NCBI GenBank assembly: GCA_050248855.1 | Contig: JBFWRP010000005.1 | Span: 8,389 to 72,388, forward strand | Length of the DNA stretch: 64,000 nucleotides | Source: Planctomycetota bacterium | GTDB lineage: Bacteria; Planctomycetota; PLA2; JAEUHO01 | Direction of reading: 5' to 3' | Part shown: piece by piece, positions 54,830-64,000 of the stretch | How the letters are laid out: each line of letters starts with the position of its first letter | How positions within the stretch are numbered: the stretch's first letter is position 1 | Notes under the pieces: generated by a model | Databases searched by the model: none | What the model saw: only the letters and a program-made list of their open reading frames with translations | What the model was told of the DNA's origin: nothing | Translations under genes and position numbers: made by a program

Positions 54830-57148
54830 ATGCGGACGCGAACCTGGGCCTGGCTGGCCATGAGCTTCCTCCTGGCCACGGCGTGCCGGTCAACCCCGCT
54901 GGACACGATCTGGCCGGGCTGCCCCACCTGCACGCCGGACTGCCCGCAGCCCATGGTCTGCCCCCCGACGGCCGTTTCGCCCCAGGTGGACCGTGGCCCC
55001 GACCGGGTGCCGACGCAGGTGGTGATCGACGAGTCCATCTCGCCCGCCGTCGACTGCAACCCGATCATGACGCAGCACACGCTCGTGGCGACGGTGCTGG
55101 ACCAGTTCGGCCAGCCCATGCCCGGCCAGCGCGTCGAGTGGATCCTGGGTCGCTTCGGGGACGCCGTCGGCGACATCATCGCCGTCGACGACCAGTACGG
55201 GTCGGGCACCATCGCCCCGATCGCCAATGCGCGCGTCACCAACTCCGGCAACAAGTTCGACAACACGTACGTGGCCAGCGTGACGAACTACGGCCCCGAG
55301 CTGATCGACGCCGGCAACAACTTCCCCTACACGAACAGCGACGGCTCGCGACTGCCCGACTTCACCGTGGGTGCGGGGCAGTCGTGGTGCACGATCACGT
55401 CCGGGCGCGAAGGCGTTACGGACATCATCGTCTACGTCCCGGCCATCCGCGACGGCACCAAGCACAAGATCTGGGCCAAGAAGATCTGGGCCGACTTCGC
55501 CGTGGAGTTCCCGGCCGACGCCGTCAACCTGCTGCCCGAGGACACGCACCGCTTCCCGGTCCGCGTGCACCGCAGCGATGGCACGGGCATCCCCGGCCAG
55601 ACGATCGAGGCCGAGATCCTCGACGGGCCGGCCGCCGTCTTCCAAGGCGCCGGCGGCACGACCACGCGCGTCACGTCCAACGCCGACGGCATTGCCGAGC
55701 TCGTCGTGCGCAACACGGCGGGCGCACCGGGCGTCAACCGCATCAAGATCACGGCGGTAGGCGGCTTCTACGGCGAGTCCTGCCCCCGCTCGCAGATCGT
55801 CGAGAAGCGCTGGCAGCGTGTCGCCCTCGAGGTGGCCTGCACGATGCCGGCGACGGCTCCGCTCGGTCGCACCTTCGAGAAGACGATCACCGTCACCAAC
55901 ACGGGGGACGCGCCCGCCGAGAACGTGATCCTCGAGGACACCCCCGGCGGCGCCCTGGCCTTCGCGGGTGGCGTCTCGTTCCCCATGGATCTCGGCACGA
56001 TTCCCGCGGGCGAGACCGTCACGCGCACGATCACGATGGTCGGCAACGCGGCCGGCACGTTCACCAACGACGTGACCGCTCGCGGCGGCACGGCGAGCGC
56101 CCAGAGCGGCTGCGCGGTCGAGATCGTGCAGGGCCAGCTGGAGATCACGAAGGTCTGCGACCCGGCCCGCACGCAGGCTGGCAGCAGCGTCAGCTTCGTC
56201 GTGACCGTCTCCAACACGGGCCGCGGCCCGCTCGAGAACGTCGTCGTGACCGACCGCTACCCGGCCGGCATCACGCCCGCCAGCCAGGACCGCACCACGC
56301 TCGGCACGCTGCTGCCCGGCGAGAGCCAGGAGGTCGTGTTCGCCGGCGTGGCGAACGAGCCGGGCACCTACACGAACACCGCCGTCGCCACGGCCGACGG
56401 CGTGCCCGAGGCCACGGCGACGTGCACGCTCGAGGTGGTGCAGTGCCAGCTCGAGATGCAGCTGATCGGACCCGAGACGATCTACTTCGGCGAGCCCGGC
56501 AACTTCACGCTCGAGGTGAAGAACGTCGGCGATGGCGATGCCTCGGGGTGCACCGTGCGCATCACCTACGGCGGCTGCCTGGGCGGCGGCTTCGAGGACT
56601 TCGAGATCGGCCCGCTGGCTCCGGGTGAAGTCTGGCGCAAGGACTGGAGCCGCACGGCGCAGACCGTCGGCCCCTGCTCGATCCGCGCGGACTCCAGCTG
56701 CGGCACGAGCTGCACGAAGTACGCCGAGGGGCAGCTCAGCGTCCACGGCCTGACGGCGCTCCAGGTCGAGATGATCGACAAGGCGCTCGATGGCAGCGAG
56801 GAGGGCGTCTTCCGCGTAGGCGAGACGTTCCTCTACCGCTCCCGCATCGAGAACGACGCCGGCACCGAAGCGACGCCCGAGATGTTCGCGGACTGGATGC
56901 TCCCGCCCGAGCTGGAGTTCATCTCCGGCCGCAGCCTCGACGGCCGCGTGGACGTCACGGGTACGGGCCGCTCCGCCAAGAGCGGCCGCTTCGTCCTGCC
57001 CGTCGGCGGCGCCCTCGACTTCGAGATCACCGTCCGCGCCGTCGCGGCGCCGGCCAGCACGCTCACGAAGACCACCATGAACATCCGCCGCGCCTCGGAC
57101 GAGGCCGACCTCGCCGACGAGACCGAGAGCACCACGATCTGGCGATAG
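54830..57148 (+). CDS. Large surface lipoprotein with DUF11-like conserved repeat domains
   Basis: ATG at 54830 after GGGAGGG. Lipobox LLATAC. Cys/Pro-rich CPTCTPDCPQPMVCPP. Repeated ...VTVTNTGDAPAENV.../...VVTVSNTGRGPLENVVV.../...LEVKNVGDGDA... modules typical of DUF11. Confidence 0.75.
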   Translation: MRTRTWAWLAMSFLLATACRSTPLDTIWPGCPTCTPDCPQPMVCPPTAVSPQVDRGPDRVPTQVVIDESISPAVDCNPIMTQHTLVATVLDQFGQPMPGQRVEWILGRFGDAVGDIIAVDDQYGSGTIAPIANARVTNSGNKFDNTYVASVTNYGPELIDAGNNFPYTNSDGSRLPDFTVGAGQSWCTITSGREGVTDIIVYVPAIRDGTKHKIWAKKIWADFAVEFPADAVNLLPEDTHRFPVRVHRSDGTGIPGQTIEAEILDGPAAVFQGAGGTTTRVTSNADGIAELVVRNTAGAPGVNRIKITAVGGFYGESCPRSQIVEKRWQRVALEVACTMPATAPLGRTFEKTITVTNTGDAPAENVILEDTPGGALAFAGGVSFPMDLGTIPAGETVTRTITMVGNAAGTFTNDVTARGGTASAQSGCAVEIVQGQLEITKVCDPARTQAGSSVSFVVTVSNTGRGPLENVVVTDRYPAGITPASQDRTTLGTLLPGESQEVVFAGVANEPGTYTNTAVATADGVPEATATCTLEVVQCQLEMQLIGPETIYFGEPGNFTLEVKNVGDGDASGCTVRITYGGCLGGGFEDFEIGPLAPGEVWRKDWSRTAQTVGPCSIRADSSCGTSCTKYAEGQLSVHGLTALQVEMIDKALDGSEEGVFRVGETFLYRSRIENDAGTEATPEMFADWMLPPELEFISGRSLDGRVDVTGTGRSAKSGRFVLPVGGALDFEITVRAVAAPASTLTKTTMNIRRASDEADLADETESTTIWR

Positions 57149-57286
57149 CGCGTGGCGGCCCCGGGAAGCCGGGGCCGCGGCTTCGCGCGGGGTCTGCTCG
57201 AAAGGCCCTCCTCGGGCGCTCGCCGGGGATGATCCCCCGGCGGCGCGCCTCGTGCGCCCGGCCACCTCTCACGCCCGGGGAGTCCC

Positions 57287-58981
57287 ATGAAGTCGGACCT
57301 GGAGATCGCCCGCGAGGCCACGCTGCGCCCGATCGAGGAGATCGGCACCGAAGCCGGCCTGCTCGCTTCGGAGATCGAGCCCTACGGACGCCACATGGCG
57401 AAGGTGTCCCTCGATGCGATCGCGCGCCTCGCCGACCGGCCCCAGGCCCGCTACATCGTCGTGACCGCCATCACGCCGACGCCGCTCGGCGAGGGCAAGA
57501 CGGTCCACACGATCGGCCTCTCGCTCGGCCTTGCCAAGCTGGGCCGCAAGGTGGTGACGTGCATCCGCCAGCCCAGCATGGGCCCGCTGTTCGGCATCAA
57601 GGGCGGCGCCGCCGGCGGCGGCTACAGCCAGGTCGTCCCGATGGAGAGCTTCAACCTCCACCTCACGGGAGACATCCACGCGGTACAGGCCGCGCACAAC
57701 CTCGTCGCGGCGCACATCGATGCCTCGGTGCTGCTGGGCAACCGGTTCGATTTCGACCCGGAGGCCATCGCCTGGCGCCGCGTGACGGACACGAACGACC
57801 GCGCGCTGCGCGAGGTCATCACGGGGTTGGGGGGCAAGGACAACGGCGTACCGCGTCGCACGGGGTACGACATCGCGGTGGCCAGCGAGTTCATGGCCGT
57901 GCTGGGCCTGGCCGACGGCCTGAAGGACATGCGCGCCCGGCTCGGCCGCGTCATCGTGGGCTACCGCCGGGACGGCTCCGCCATCACGGCGGAGGACATC
58001 CATGCGGCGGGTGCGGCCACCGTCGTGATGAAGGAGACGATCAAGCCCACGCTGATGCAGACGATCGAGGGCACGCCGTGCTTCGTGCACGCGGGCCCCT
58101 TCGCCAACATCGCGCACGGGAACTCGTCGATCGTGGCCGACCGCATCGCCGTACGCCTCGGCGACTACGTGGTCACGGAAGCAGGCTTCGGCGCCGACAT
58201 CGGCGCCGAGAAGTTCTTCAACATCAAGTGCCGTGCGTCGGGCTTGAAGCCCAGCGCGGCGCTGCTCGTCTGCACGGTCCGCGCGCTCAAGAGCCACAGC
58301 GGGCGGTTCAAGATCGTTCCCGGCAAGGCCTTGCCGAAGGCACTGTTGGAAGAGGACCTCCAGAGCCTTGGCGAGGGCATGTCCAACCTCGAGAAGCAGA
58401 TCGGGAACGTCCGCGCGCACGGCCTGCCCGTCGTGGTGGCCATCAACCGTTTCCCGACCGACACCGACGCCGAGCACCGCGCCATCCGGGAGGCCGCCTT
58501 GGCCGCAGGCGCCAGCGGCTGCGAGACAAGCGACGTGTTCATGAAGGGCGGTGAGGGTGGCCTCGCGATCGCACGCGCCATCGAGAAGGCGTGCGAGGAA
58601 GGCGCCGACTTCCGTCACCTCTATCCGCTGGACGCCCCCGTCCGCGAGAAGATCGAGACGATTGCCCGGCGCATGTACGGCGCCGACGGCGTCGACTTCG
58701 CGCCGGCGGCCGATGGCGACATCGACCGCTACGAGGCGCTCGGGTACGGCCAGCTGCCGATCTGCATGGCCAAGACGCACCTCTCGCTGTCGCACGACGG
58801 CGACCTGAAGGGCCGTCCGACGGGCTTCCGCCTGCCGGTGCGCGAAGTGCGCTTGGCCGCGGGCGCCGGGTTCCTCTACCCGCTCTGCGGCACCATGCGG
58901 ACCATGCCGGGCCTGGGCAGCAAGCCGGCCCTGGAGCAGGTGGACCTGGACGCCGACGGCAACGTCGTCGGCCTGTTCTAG
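57287..58981 (+). CDS. fhs: Formate--tetrahydrofolate ligase
   Basis: 564 aa. PTPLGEGKTT nucleotide loop and GGAAGGGYSQVVPME motif. Full-length FTHFS. Confidence 0.9.
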   Translation: MKSDLEIAREATLRPIEEIGTEAGLLASEIEPYGRHMAKVSLDAIARLADRPQARYIVVTAITPTPLGEGKTVHTIGLSLGLAKLGRKVVTCIRQPSMGPLFGIKGGAAGGGYSQVVPMESFNLHLTGDIHAVQAAHNLVAAHIDASVLLGNRFDFDPEAIAWRRVTDTNDRALREVITGLGGKDNGVPRRTGYDIAVASEFMAVLGLADGLKDMRARLGRVIVGYRRDGSAITAEDIHAAGAATVVMKETIKPTLMQTIEGTPCFVHAGPFANIAHGNSSIVADRIAVRLGDYVVTEAGFGADIGAEKFFNIKCRASGLKPSAALLVCTVRALKSHSGRFKIVPGKALPKALLEEDLQSLGEGMSNLEKQIGNVRAHGLPVVVAINRFPTDTDAEHRAIREAALAAGASGCETSDVFMKGGEGGLAIARAIEKACEEGADFRHLYPLDAPVREKIETIARRMYGADGVDFAPAADGDIDRYEALGYGQLPICMAKTHLSLSHDGDLKGRPTGFRLPVREVRLAAGAGFLYPLCGTMRTMPGLGSKPALEQVDLDADGNVVGLF

Positions 58982-58989
58982 GCCGAGGG

Positions 58990-59796
58990 GTGCGCGACAC
59001 GGGCACGCCTCCGGCGGCACCGATCGACGTTCCGCCCCCGCTGCCGCCGTTTCCGCCCGGGCCTCTGGGTCCCTTGCGCGCGGCTTGGTTCGGCCTGTCG
59101 TCCTTCGCATGGACCTTCGTCTCGTTCCTGCTGGGCTTGCCGTTCCTGCTGTCCCATCCCAAGACGGGTGGTGACGGCCAGTGGTGCACACGCATCTGGG
59201 CAGGCGGGGTGTTTGCGCTGAACGGGCTGTGGATCCGCGTCCACGGGCGCGAGCATCTGGATCGCCGCACCCCGCGGATGTTCGTGGCCAACCACAGCTC
59301 GTTCCTCGACCCGCCGGCCATGGTTCTCCTGGTCCCTGGACGCAGCCGCTTCCTGCTCAAGCGGGAGCTGCTGAAGATGCCGTTCGTCGGCTGGTACGCG
59401 AAGATGTCCAGGCACTTCCTGATCGACCGCAGCGACCCACGCCAGGCGATGGCCCTGCAACAGCGCGCCGTGGACCAGATCCGCACGCGCGGCCACGTGC
59501 CGATCATCTTCCCGGAAGGGACCCGCAGCGCGGACGGGCGCCTGGCCCCGCTCAAGGCCGGCGCGTTCGACTTGGCGCTGAAGGCAGGTATCGACGTCCA
59601 ACCCGTGTGGATCGAGGGCACCTACCGACGCATGCCGCGCGACGCGATGTACCCACGCCGGGGCGGGCGCGTGCACCTCCACATCGGGCCGCCGATCCGC
59701 ATCGAGGGGCTCGCCGGCAGCAGCGGGCGGCGCGCGCTCGCCGAACAGGCCGACGCCGCACTCCGCGCGCTCGAGGCGCAGGCACGCGGCGTCTGA
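58990..59796 (+). CDS. plsC: 1-acyl-sn-glycerol-3-phosphate acyltransferase
   Basis: GTG at 58990. NHSSFLD (HX4D) and FPEGTRS motifs. N-terminal TM. Confidence 0.8.
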   Translation: MRDTGTPPAAPIDVPPPLPPFPPGPLGPLRAAWFGLSSFAWTFVSFLLGLPFLLSHPKTGGDGQWCTRIWAGGVFALNGLWIRVHGREHLDRRTPRMFVANHSSFLDPPAMVLLVPGRSRFLLKRELLKMPFVGWYAKMSRHFLIDRSDPRQAMALQQRAVDQIRTRGHVPIIFPEGTRSADGRLAPLKAGAFDLALKAGIDVQPVWIEGTYRRMPRDAMYPRRGGRVHLHIGPPIRIEGLAGSSGRRALAEQADAALRALEAQARGV

Positions 59797-59808
59797 CCGG
59801 GAAGCGCC

Positions 59809-60804
59809 CTACCGCGCGCGCACCAGCCAGTGGGCCGGAAGGCCTCGCCGGGCGACGACATGCTCGACGTCCTTCAGGAACCGCCGCCCGTCGGTCACGT
59901 AGCCCGCAGTCGGACGAACGCCCGGGCAGGCCTCGGCGAACCACGCGTTGAACCGCTCCATGAACAGCTCGCGCACGAGCTTGGCCATCACGCTGGCCCA
60001 GGCCACCGCGAGGTCGTCGCCGTCGGCGCGCGTGCGGAAGGCCAACCACAAGCGGCGGTCGGGAAGCTCGATGCGGTAGCGGCTGGCACGGGCATCGCGC
60101 GCAAGCTCCTCCAGGGGGGCGAAGGGGAAGAGGGCCGACAGCCACGCACGGTAGTCGCGGCGGCCCCCGTGGCGATCGAACACGACGTGGGCGTCCTCGC
60201 CCGGGAAGCGATCGAGAAGACGCGTCAACAAGCAGCCACCGAAGCGAGCCAGCACGTCGGCCTTCGACGCGCCCTCGACCGCATCGTTGAACGCCGGAAC
60301 GTCGACCGGCCAAGCGCGCAAGTCGAGCGCACGCACGCCCTGCGCTGCGAAGCGCCCTGACAGCGGGCCCGTCCACGGGTAGCGCGGCACCCGGCCGCCC
60401 TCCAGGTCCGCGAACCAGGGCAAGGCACGGAACGCGGCGGCGGGAACGTCGCCATGGCGCTCGAGCAGGTCGGCGAGGTCGACGGGGGGCGCGTGGTCCA
60501 GCGCCGCGCAGAACGCACCGACGGCGCGAGCCAGCCCCACGACGCCATCGCGCGCATGGAGACGCTTGCTGTCGTCGACGGGCACCGGCAGCGCGTCGGC
60601 CCCCCGACGCCCACGCACGGCGACGACGAACGGCTCGAGCCGTGCCGCGAGAACCGCTCCGGGGTCGTCGTCGGCGCGGAGACCCTCGACGCGCCACGCT
60701 GACACGGCGATGACCAAGGGCCCCAGGAGCGGCCCGTAGCCGGCTTCGTCGATTCCCAGGTGCAGCACGGGAAACGGGCCTCCTCGCGTCGGATGGCCTG
60801 GCAT
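59809..60804 (-). CDS. RNase HII-like (RNase H2 fold) domain protein
   Basis: GIDEAGYGPLLGPLVIAV and DSKRL motifs resemble the RNase HII catalytic core. The start could be 60861 or 60804. Longer than canonical RnhB. Confidence 0.5.
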   Translation of the reverse strand: MPGHPTRGGPFPVLHLGIDEAGYGPLLGPLVIAVSAWRVEGLRADDDPGAVLAARLEPFVVAVRGRRGADALPVPVDDSKRLHARDGVVGLARAVGAFCAALDHAPPVDLADLLERHGDVPAAAFRALPWFADLEGGRVPRYPWTGPLSGRFAAQGVRALDLRAWPVDVPAFNDAVEGASKADVLARFGGCLLTRLLDRFPGEDAHVVFDRHGGRRDYRAWLSALFPFAPLEELARDARASRYRIELPDRRLWLAFRTRADGDDLAVAWASVMAKLVRELFMERFNAWFAEACPGVRPTAGYVTDGRRFLKDVEHVVARRGLPAHWLVRAR

Positions 60805-60937
60805 GCCCCGGCTCGCCCAAGGCGCCGCAAGCCGCAGCCGATCCAAGACCACGGGGTACATTCGTACCCCCCTGTCATGCCCGACGCACGGGACGGACGT
60901 CCTGCGCGGCCCAGGCAGGCCCCTGGGAGGACCGACC

Positions 60938-62368
60938 ATGCGTGAACGCGCTACCAGCCGCTGGCACCGGCTCGCCGTCATCGCGACGGCGCTGGCCGTC
61001 GTGGCCGCCGGCCCCGCGGGCGCGGACGAGGGTCGCTACGTCGTCCGCTACGACGACGCGCGCTCCACGGTCGCCTCCGAGCGCCTGCTCGACAACCTCG
61101 AGCGCGCCTTCAGCGAGGTCCTCGAGGCCAAGCCGGATGCCGTCGCCCTGCGCCACGCGGCAGACCGTCTGGTGGCCTCGCGCGAGATGCACACGGGCCA
61201 GATGGCCGAGGCCGAGGCCACGCGCGTGGCGGTGGAGGAAGCCAAGGCCCGCCTGGAGCGCGACGAGCGCCAGCTGCTGCAGCGCCGCACGACTCCGGCG
61301 TGGGAGCAGATGACGGCCGCCGAACGGACTGCCCAGGAGAGCCGCGAGAACGAGTACCTCGGGCGCATCCGTGCCGCGCTGGCCAACCGCGAGACCAAGG
61401 CGCGGCAGGCCGAGACCGCCTTGGCCCCCACGCGCGCGCTCCTGGCCGCCTACGGTGGTTCGTGGGGTGCGCTCGCCATCGAGCGGGCCGTGATCGAGCC
61501 CCAGCGCATCCTGCGCCTCTCGGGCACGTCGTGGCAGCGCGCCATGCTGCAGCACGCCGATCGCTTCAACGCGTACGTCGACAGCCGCCACGGTTCGTCG
61601 CCGTGCGTGCTGGCCGAGGCGACGCGTCCCTTGCTCTCGCACCGCATCCCCGCAGGCGCGATGGCCACGGGCATGAACGAGCCGGGTCCGGCCGCGCCGC
61701 GCATGGGGCCTGACCTGCCCGCACCGGCCCCGGACCAGCCTGCACCGCCCCCGTACGGCCGTCCGGCGCCCTACGACCCCTACGCCCCCACCCCGACCGC
61801 ACGGCCGTCTACCGCGCTAGGCCCGGCCGACGCGCCGGGCCCCGCCGACCCGCTCGGCCCGAGAGGCGCTGGCCGCGACGCGCCCTACGGCGCGCCCGGC
61901 GGCGAGTTCGAGCCCGTGTTCCCCGGCGCCCCCGGCAAGCCGGTGCTCGCCCCCGGTGGCGCGCCGACGCGTGCGCCGCACACGGAGATGCACGGCGGCT
62001 TCCTTTGGTACCTCGACTGGGACGACGCCGCTGCGGAGGCACGTCGGACGGGTCGCCTCGTCTACTGCCTCAGCACGCGCGACCAGTGCCACATGTGCGA
62101 GGCCGTGCGGGACGAGAGCGTCGCCGCGTACTCGAGCGAGATGCAGCGCTTCTGCGTGGGCTACCTCTACGACATCATGAACCCCGCAAAGGACCCGCGG
62201 ATCTCGCGCGTCGATGGGTTCCTGCGAACCAATCTCGTGGGCTATTCGATGATGCCGCTCACCGGTTGGGTCACGCCGGACCTGAAGTGGGTGCATGGAT
62301 TCCACGGCTGGAAGAAGCCCGACGACTTCCGCGCGGAGATGACCCGCGCCCGCGCGCTCATGCGGTAG
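60938..62368 (+). CDS. Secreted protein: signal peptide, coiled-coil region, Pro-rich linker, C-terminal thioredoxin-like domain (CHMC)
   Basis: ATG at 60938 after GGGAGGA. Signal AVIATALAVVAAGPAGA. C-terminal FLWYLDWDDAAAEARRTGRLVYCLSTRDQCHMCEAV resembles the thioredoxin-like_7/DUF255 arrangement. Confidence 0.5.
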   Translation: MRERATSRWHRLAVIATALAVVAAGPAGADEGRYVVRYDDARSTVASERLLDNLERAFSEVLEAKPDAVALRHAADRLVASREMHTGQMAEAEATRVAVEEAKARLERDERQLLQRRTTPAWEQMTAAERTAQESRENEYLGRIRAALANRETKARQAETALAPTRALLAAYGGSWGALAIERAVIEPQRILRLSGTSWQRAMLQHADRFNAYVDSRHGSSPCVLAEATRPLLSHRIPAGAMATGMNEPGPAAPRMGPDLPAPAPDQPAPPPYGRPAPYDPYAPTPTARPSTALGPADAPGPADPLGPRGAGRDAPYGAPGGEFEPVFPGAPGKPVLAPGGAPTRAPHTEMHGGFLWYLDWDDAAAEARRTGRLVYCLSTRDQCHMCEAVRDESVAAYSSEMQRFCVGYLYDIMNPAKDPRISRVDGFLRTNLVGYSMMPLTGWVTPDLKWVHGFHGWKKPDDFRAEMTRARALMR

Positions 62369-62538
62369 GCAGGCCGATGCTCGCGCCTGGGCGCGCCTCC
62401 CAGGCTCTCCCCTCCCTGCTGCGCTTCAGCCCGGGCCCCGCCCCCAGGTACGATGCCGGGACTCCGGCGGATCCGGCGCCGGGGCTGCGACCGCATCCGG
62501 GCGGTCTTCGACCTTTCCCGCAAGGAGGATCGACGACC

Positions 62539-62802
62539 ATGACCACTGCTGGACCTGACGTCCCCGTCGCCGAGGGCACGAGGACGGCCCGCGCCTCCGC
62601 ACGTACGCGGCTCGCGCTGGCGCTGCTCGCCCTGGGCCTCGCTCCGCTGGCGACCGCCTGCGGCTCGGGCGCCGTCACGGGGGCCGTCCTGGGTGCCGCC
62701 GTCGGCGCCGCGATCGGCAGCGAGTACGACGAGGACGACTGCTACTACGACGACTGCTACTACTACAAGTCCGGTGACCCGGCGCTCACGTCGAGCTTCT
62801 GA
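62539..62802 (+). CDS. Small lipoprotein with glycine-zipper segment and DDCYY repeat tail
   Basis: ATG at 62539 after AAGGAGG. Lipobox LATACG. GAVTGAVLGAAVGAAIG glycine zipper. SEYDEDDCYYDDCYYYKSG tail. Confidence 0.55.
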   Translation: MTTAGPDVPVAEGTRTARASARTRLALALLALGLAPLATACGSGAVTGAVLGAAVGAAIGSEYDEDDCYYDDCYYYKSGDPALTSSF

Positions 62803-63689
62803 GCCGTACCTGGCAGGTCCACGAGGCCCGGAGCCAAGCAGTCGACGAGCGGAGGCAGGCCCCTGGGCAGCTCGAAGCTGCCACAGCCTGGCGTCGGGTT
62901 GAGGTCCACGGGCTCGGGTCGACCGTCCACGTGGACGTACTCGACCTTGCCGAAGTCCAAACCGTGCTCGCGCCGCCAACGGTCGATGCGCGTGTCCGTC
63001 GGCACGATCTCGCGTCGCCGGATCCAACGACCCTTGACCAGGGGACGGTCCGCGAACGCCCGCCACGTCAGCGAGCGGTCGCCGAAGAACCACGCCTTGT
63101 GCAGCACGTAGCCGTCTCCGCTCCGTTCGGGCACGAAGCGCTCCACGACCCAGGTCGGGTCGTCCCAGACGGCCGCCGGAACGTCGTCGCGATGGTCGTG
63201 GACGGCGTACGCGGCAGGGTCCGCAGGCGCCCTGAGGCGACGTGCCGCTCGCCGCGCACGAGCCCGTGCGATCGGCCGCAGCGCTTCGGCGTCCGCGCGA
63301 AGCCGCGCCCGCGCCAGCTGAAGCTCGGGGACGCCGCCGTAGTTGAGGTCGGTCTTGACGATGACGGGCCCGTCCCACGTCGAGTCGCGCAGGACGCGCA
63401 GCGTGCTGGTCTTGGACTTGGCGGCATCCACCGCGTGGCCGTTGACGGTACGCGGGAAGCGCTGGCTCCACGCCCGCCAGGCCGCGGGAACGTAGGTCAG
63501 GTCCACGTGCAGAACGGCGAGATCGGCGTCCACGTGGTGCGCCGGGTCGTCGAGCGTCACGACCTCGATGCCCGCGGCTCGCCAGCGTGCGGCCAGATGG
63601 CCGAGCACGTAGAGACGCACGTCCTGCTCGGGCAGGACGAGCAGGGCGACGCGACGAGCCGGACCGCCGTCGCGTCGCCCCGGGTCCAC
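62763..63689 (-). CDS. Hypothetical protein (308 aa), possibly ATP-grasp-like fold
   Basis: Reasonable composition. Lies downstream of the partial gene at the window end. 40-nt convergent overlap with the small lipoprotein gene. Function not assignable. Confidence 0.4.
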   Translation of the reverse strand: MDPGRRDGGPARRVALLVLPEQDVRLYVLGHLAARWRAAGIEVVTLDDPAHHVDADLAVLHVDLTYVPAAWRAWSQRFPRTVNGHAVDAAKSKTSTLRVLRDSTWDGPVIVKTDLNYGGVPELQLARARLRADAEALRPIARARARRAARRLRAPADPAAYAVHDHRDDVPAAVWDDPTWVVERFVPERSGDGYVLHKAWFFGDRSLTWRAFADRPLVKGRWIRRREIVPTDTRIDRWRREHGLDFGKVEYVHVDGRPEPVDLNPTPGCGSFELPRGLPPLVDCLAPGLVDLPGTAQKLDVSAGSPDL

Positions 63690-63706
63690 GACGCGCTGCT
63701 GGCGCG

Positions 63707-64000
63707 CTACTCGCCGGCAGGCGGCGCTTCGTCGACGGCGGGTGCCTCGCCGCCGTCCTCCTCGACGACCGCGGTCTCCTCGGCGCCTTCGGCCACGTCG
63801 ATGGTGACCGTGCCGTCACCCTGGTCGGTCCACGTCAGCCCGTGGGCCTTCGTGAGGTGGTCCAGCGCCTCGGCGAGGCTCACATCCTTGAAGTCGAGCG
63901 TGACCGGACCCATGCGCTCACGCGCAGCAGCGCTGACGACGATGTTGACGCCGGCCGTGCGAGCCAAGGCCTCCACGACGCCCAGGCACGTCTCGCTGGT
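63707..64000 (-). CDS. Partial gene (5-prime end beyond window) encoding a C-terminal STN/secretin-N-like domain
   Basis: NIVVSAAARERMGPVTLDFKDVSLAEALDHLTKAHGLTWTDQGDGTVTI resembles secretin/TonB N-terminal (STN) domains. The ORF is open to the window edge. Confidence 0.35.
   Translation of the reverse strand, partial: TSETCLGVVEALARTAGVNIVVSAAARERMGPVTLDFKDVSLAEALDHLTKAHGLTWTDQGDGTVTIDVAEGAEETAVVEEDGGEAPAVDEAPPAGE

Noticed and set aside
54890-57265. 791-aa - ORF
   Set aside because: It is antisense to the DUF11 lipoprotein gene.
1-64000. CRISPR arrays, rRNA, tRNA, transposase or integrase genes
   Set aside because: I searched by eye for regularly spaced direct repeats and for conserved RNA gene motifs and found none. 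None of the ORFs resembles a DDE/HUH transposase or a tyrosine/serine recombinase.

Overview
The window is a high-GC (about 70%) stretch of bacterial chromosome. Gene content and codon style look deltaproteobacterial or myxobacterial; that is inference from the sequence, not a database hit. I can support about 55 coding regions on both strands. I found no rRNA, tRNA or CRISPR array.

From start to end the window contains:
- A TPR protein, a small secreted Gly/Arg-repeat protein, a secreted hypothetical protein and a GT9 heptosyltransferase.
- A four-gene signalling operon on the minus strand: two secreted proteins, a 1327-aa membrane Hanks-type Ser/Thr kinase with a GspE_N-like N-terminus and a large coiled-coil ectodomain, and an FHA protein.
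- cstA, a sigma-54 activator with FHA and GAF domains, and a divergent MerR-HTH/ParA-like ATPase.
- A long minus-strand respiratory supercluster. Read in transcription order it is: HEAT membrane protein, Rieske, cytochrome b6, subunit IV, an octaheme cytochrome c, two tandem cupredoxin-like lipoproteins, ccoN, a fused ccoO-ccoP, a DsbD_2-like protein, ccoI, ccoS, a small membrane protein and a second GT9 heptosyltransferase. Many of these genes share ATGA or GTGA start/stop overlaps.
- An animal-type haem peroxidase lipoprotein.
- A housekeeping block: DAHP synthase, tpiA, secG, yicC, gmk, rpoZ, coaC, ftsK, rimO, pgsA, pgpA, fhs and plsC.
- A PP2C/SpoIIE-type phosphatase with a Pro-rich repeat, a MazG-like protein and a large DUF11-like surface lipoprotein.

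The most unusual points are:
- A family of large palindromic intergenic repeat elements. One copy sits right after ftsK and is flanked by a 28-bp duplication of the ftsK 3-prime end.
- A motor-less FtsK paralogue directly downstream of ftsK.
- A low-GC non-coding stretch that ends in a canonical intrinsic terminator and may encode a small RNA.

Many long ORFs in the six-frame track are antisense artefacts of the high GC content and were rejected.
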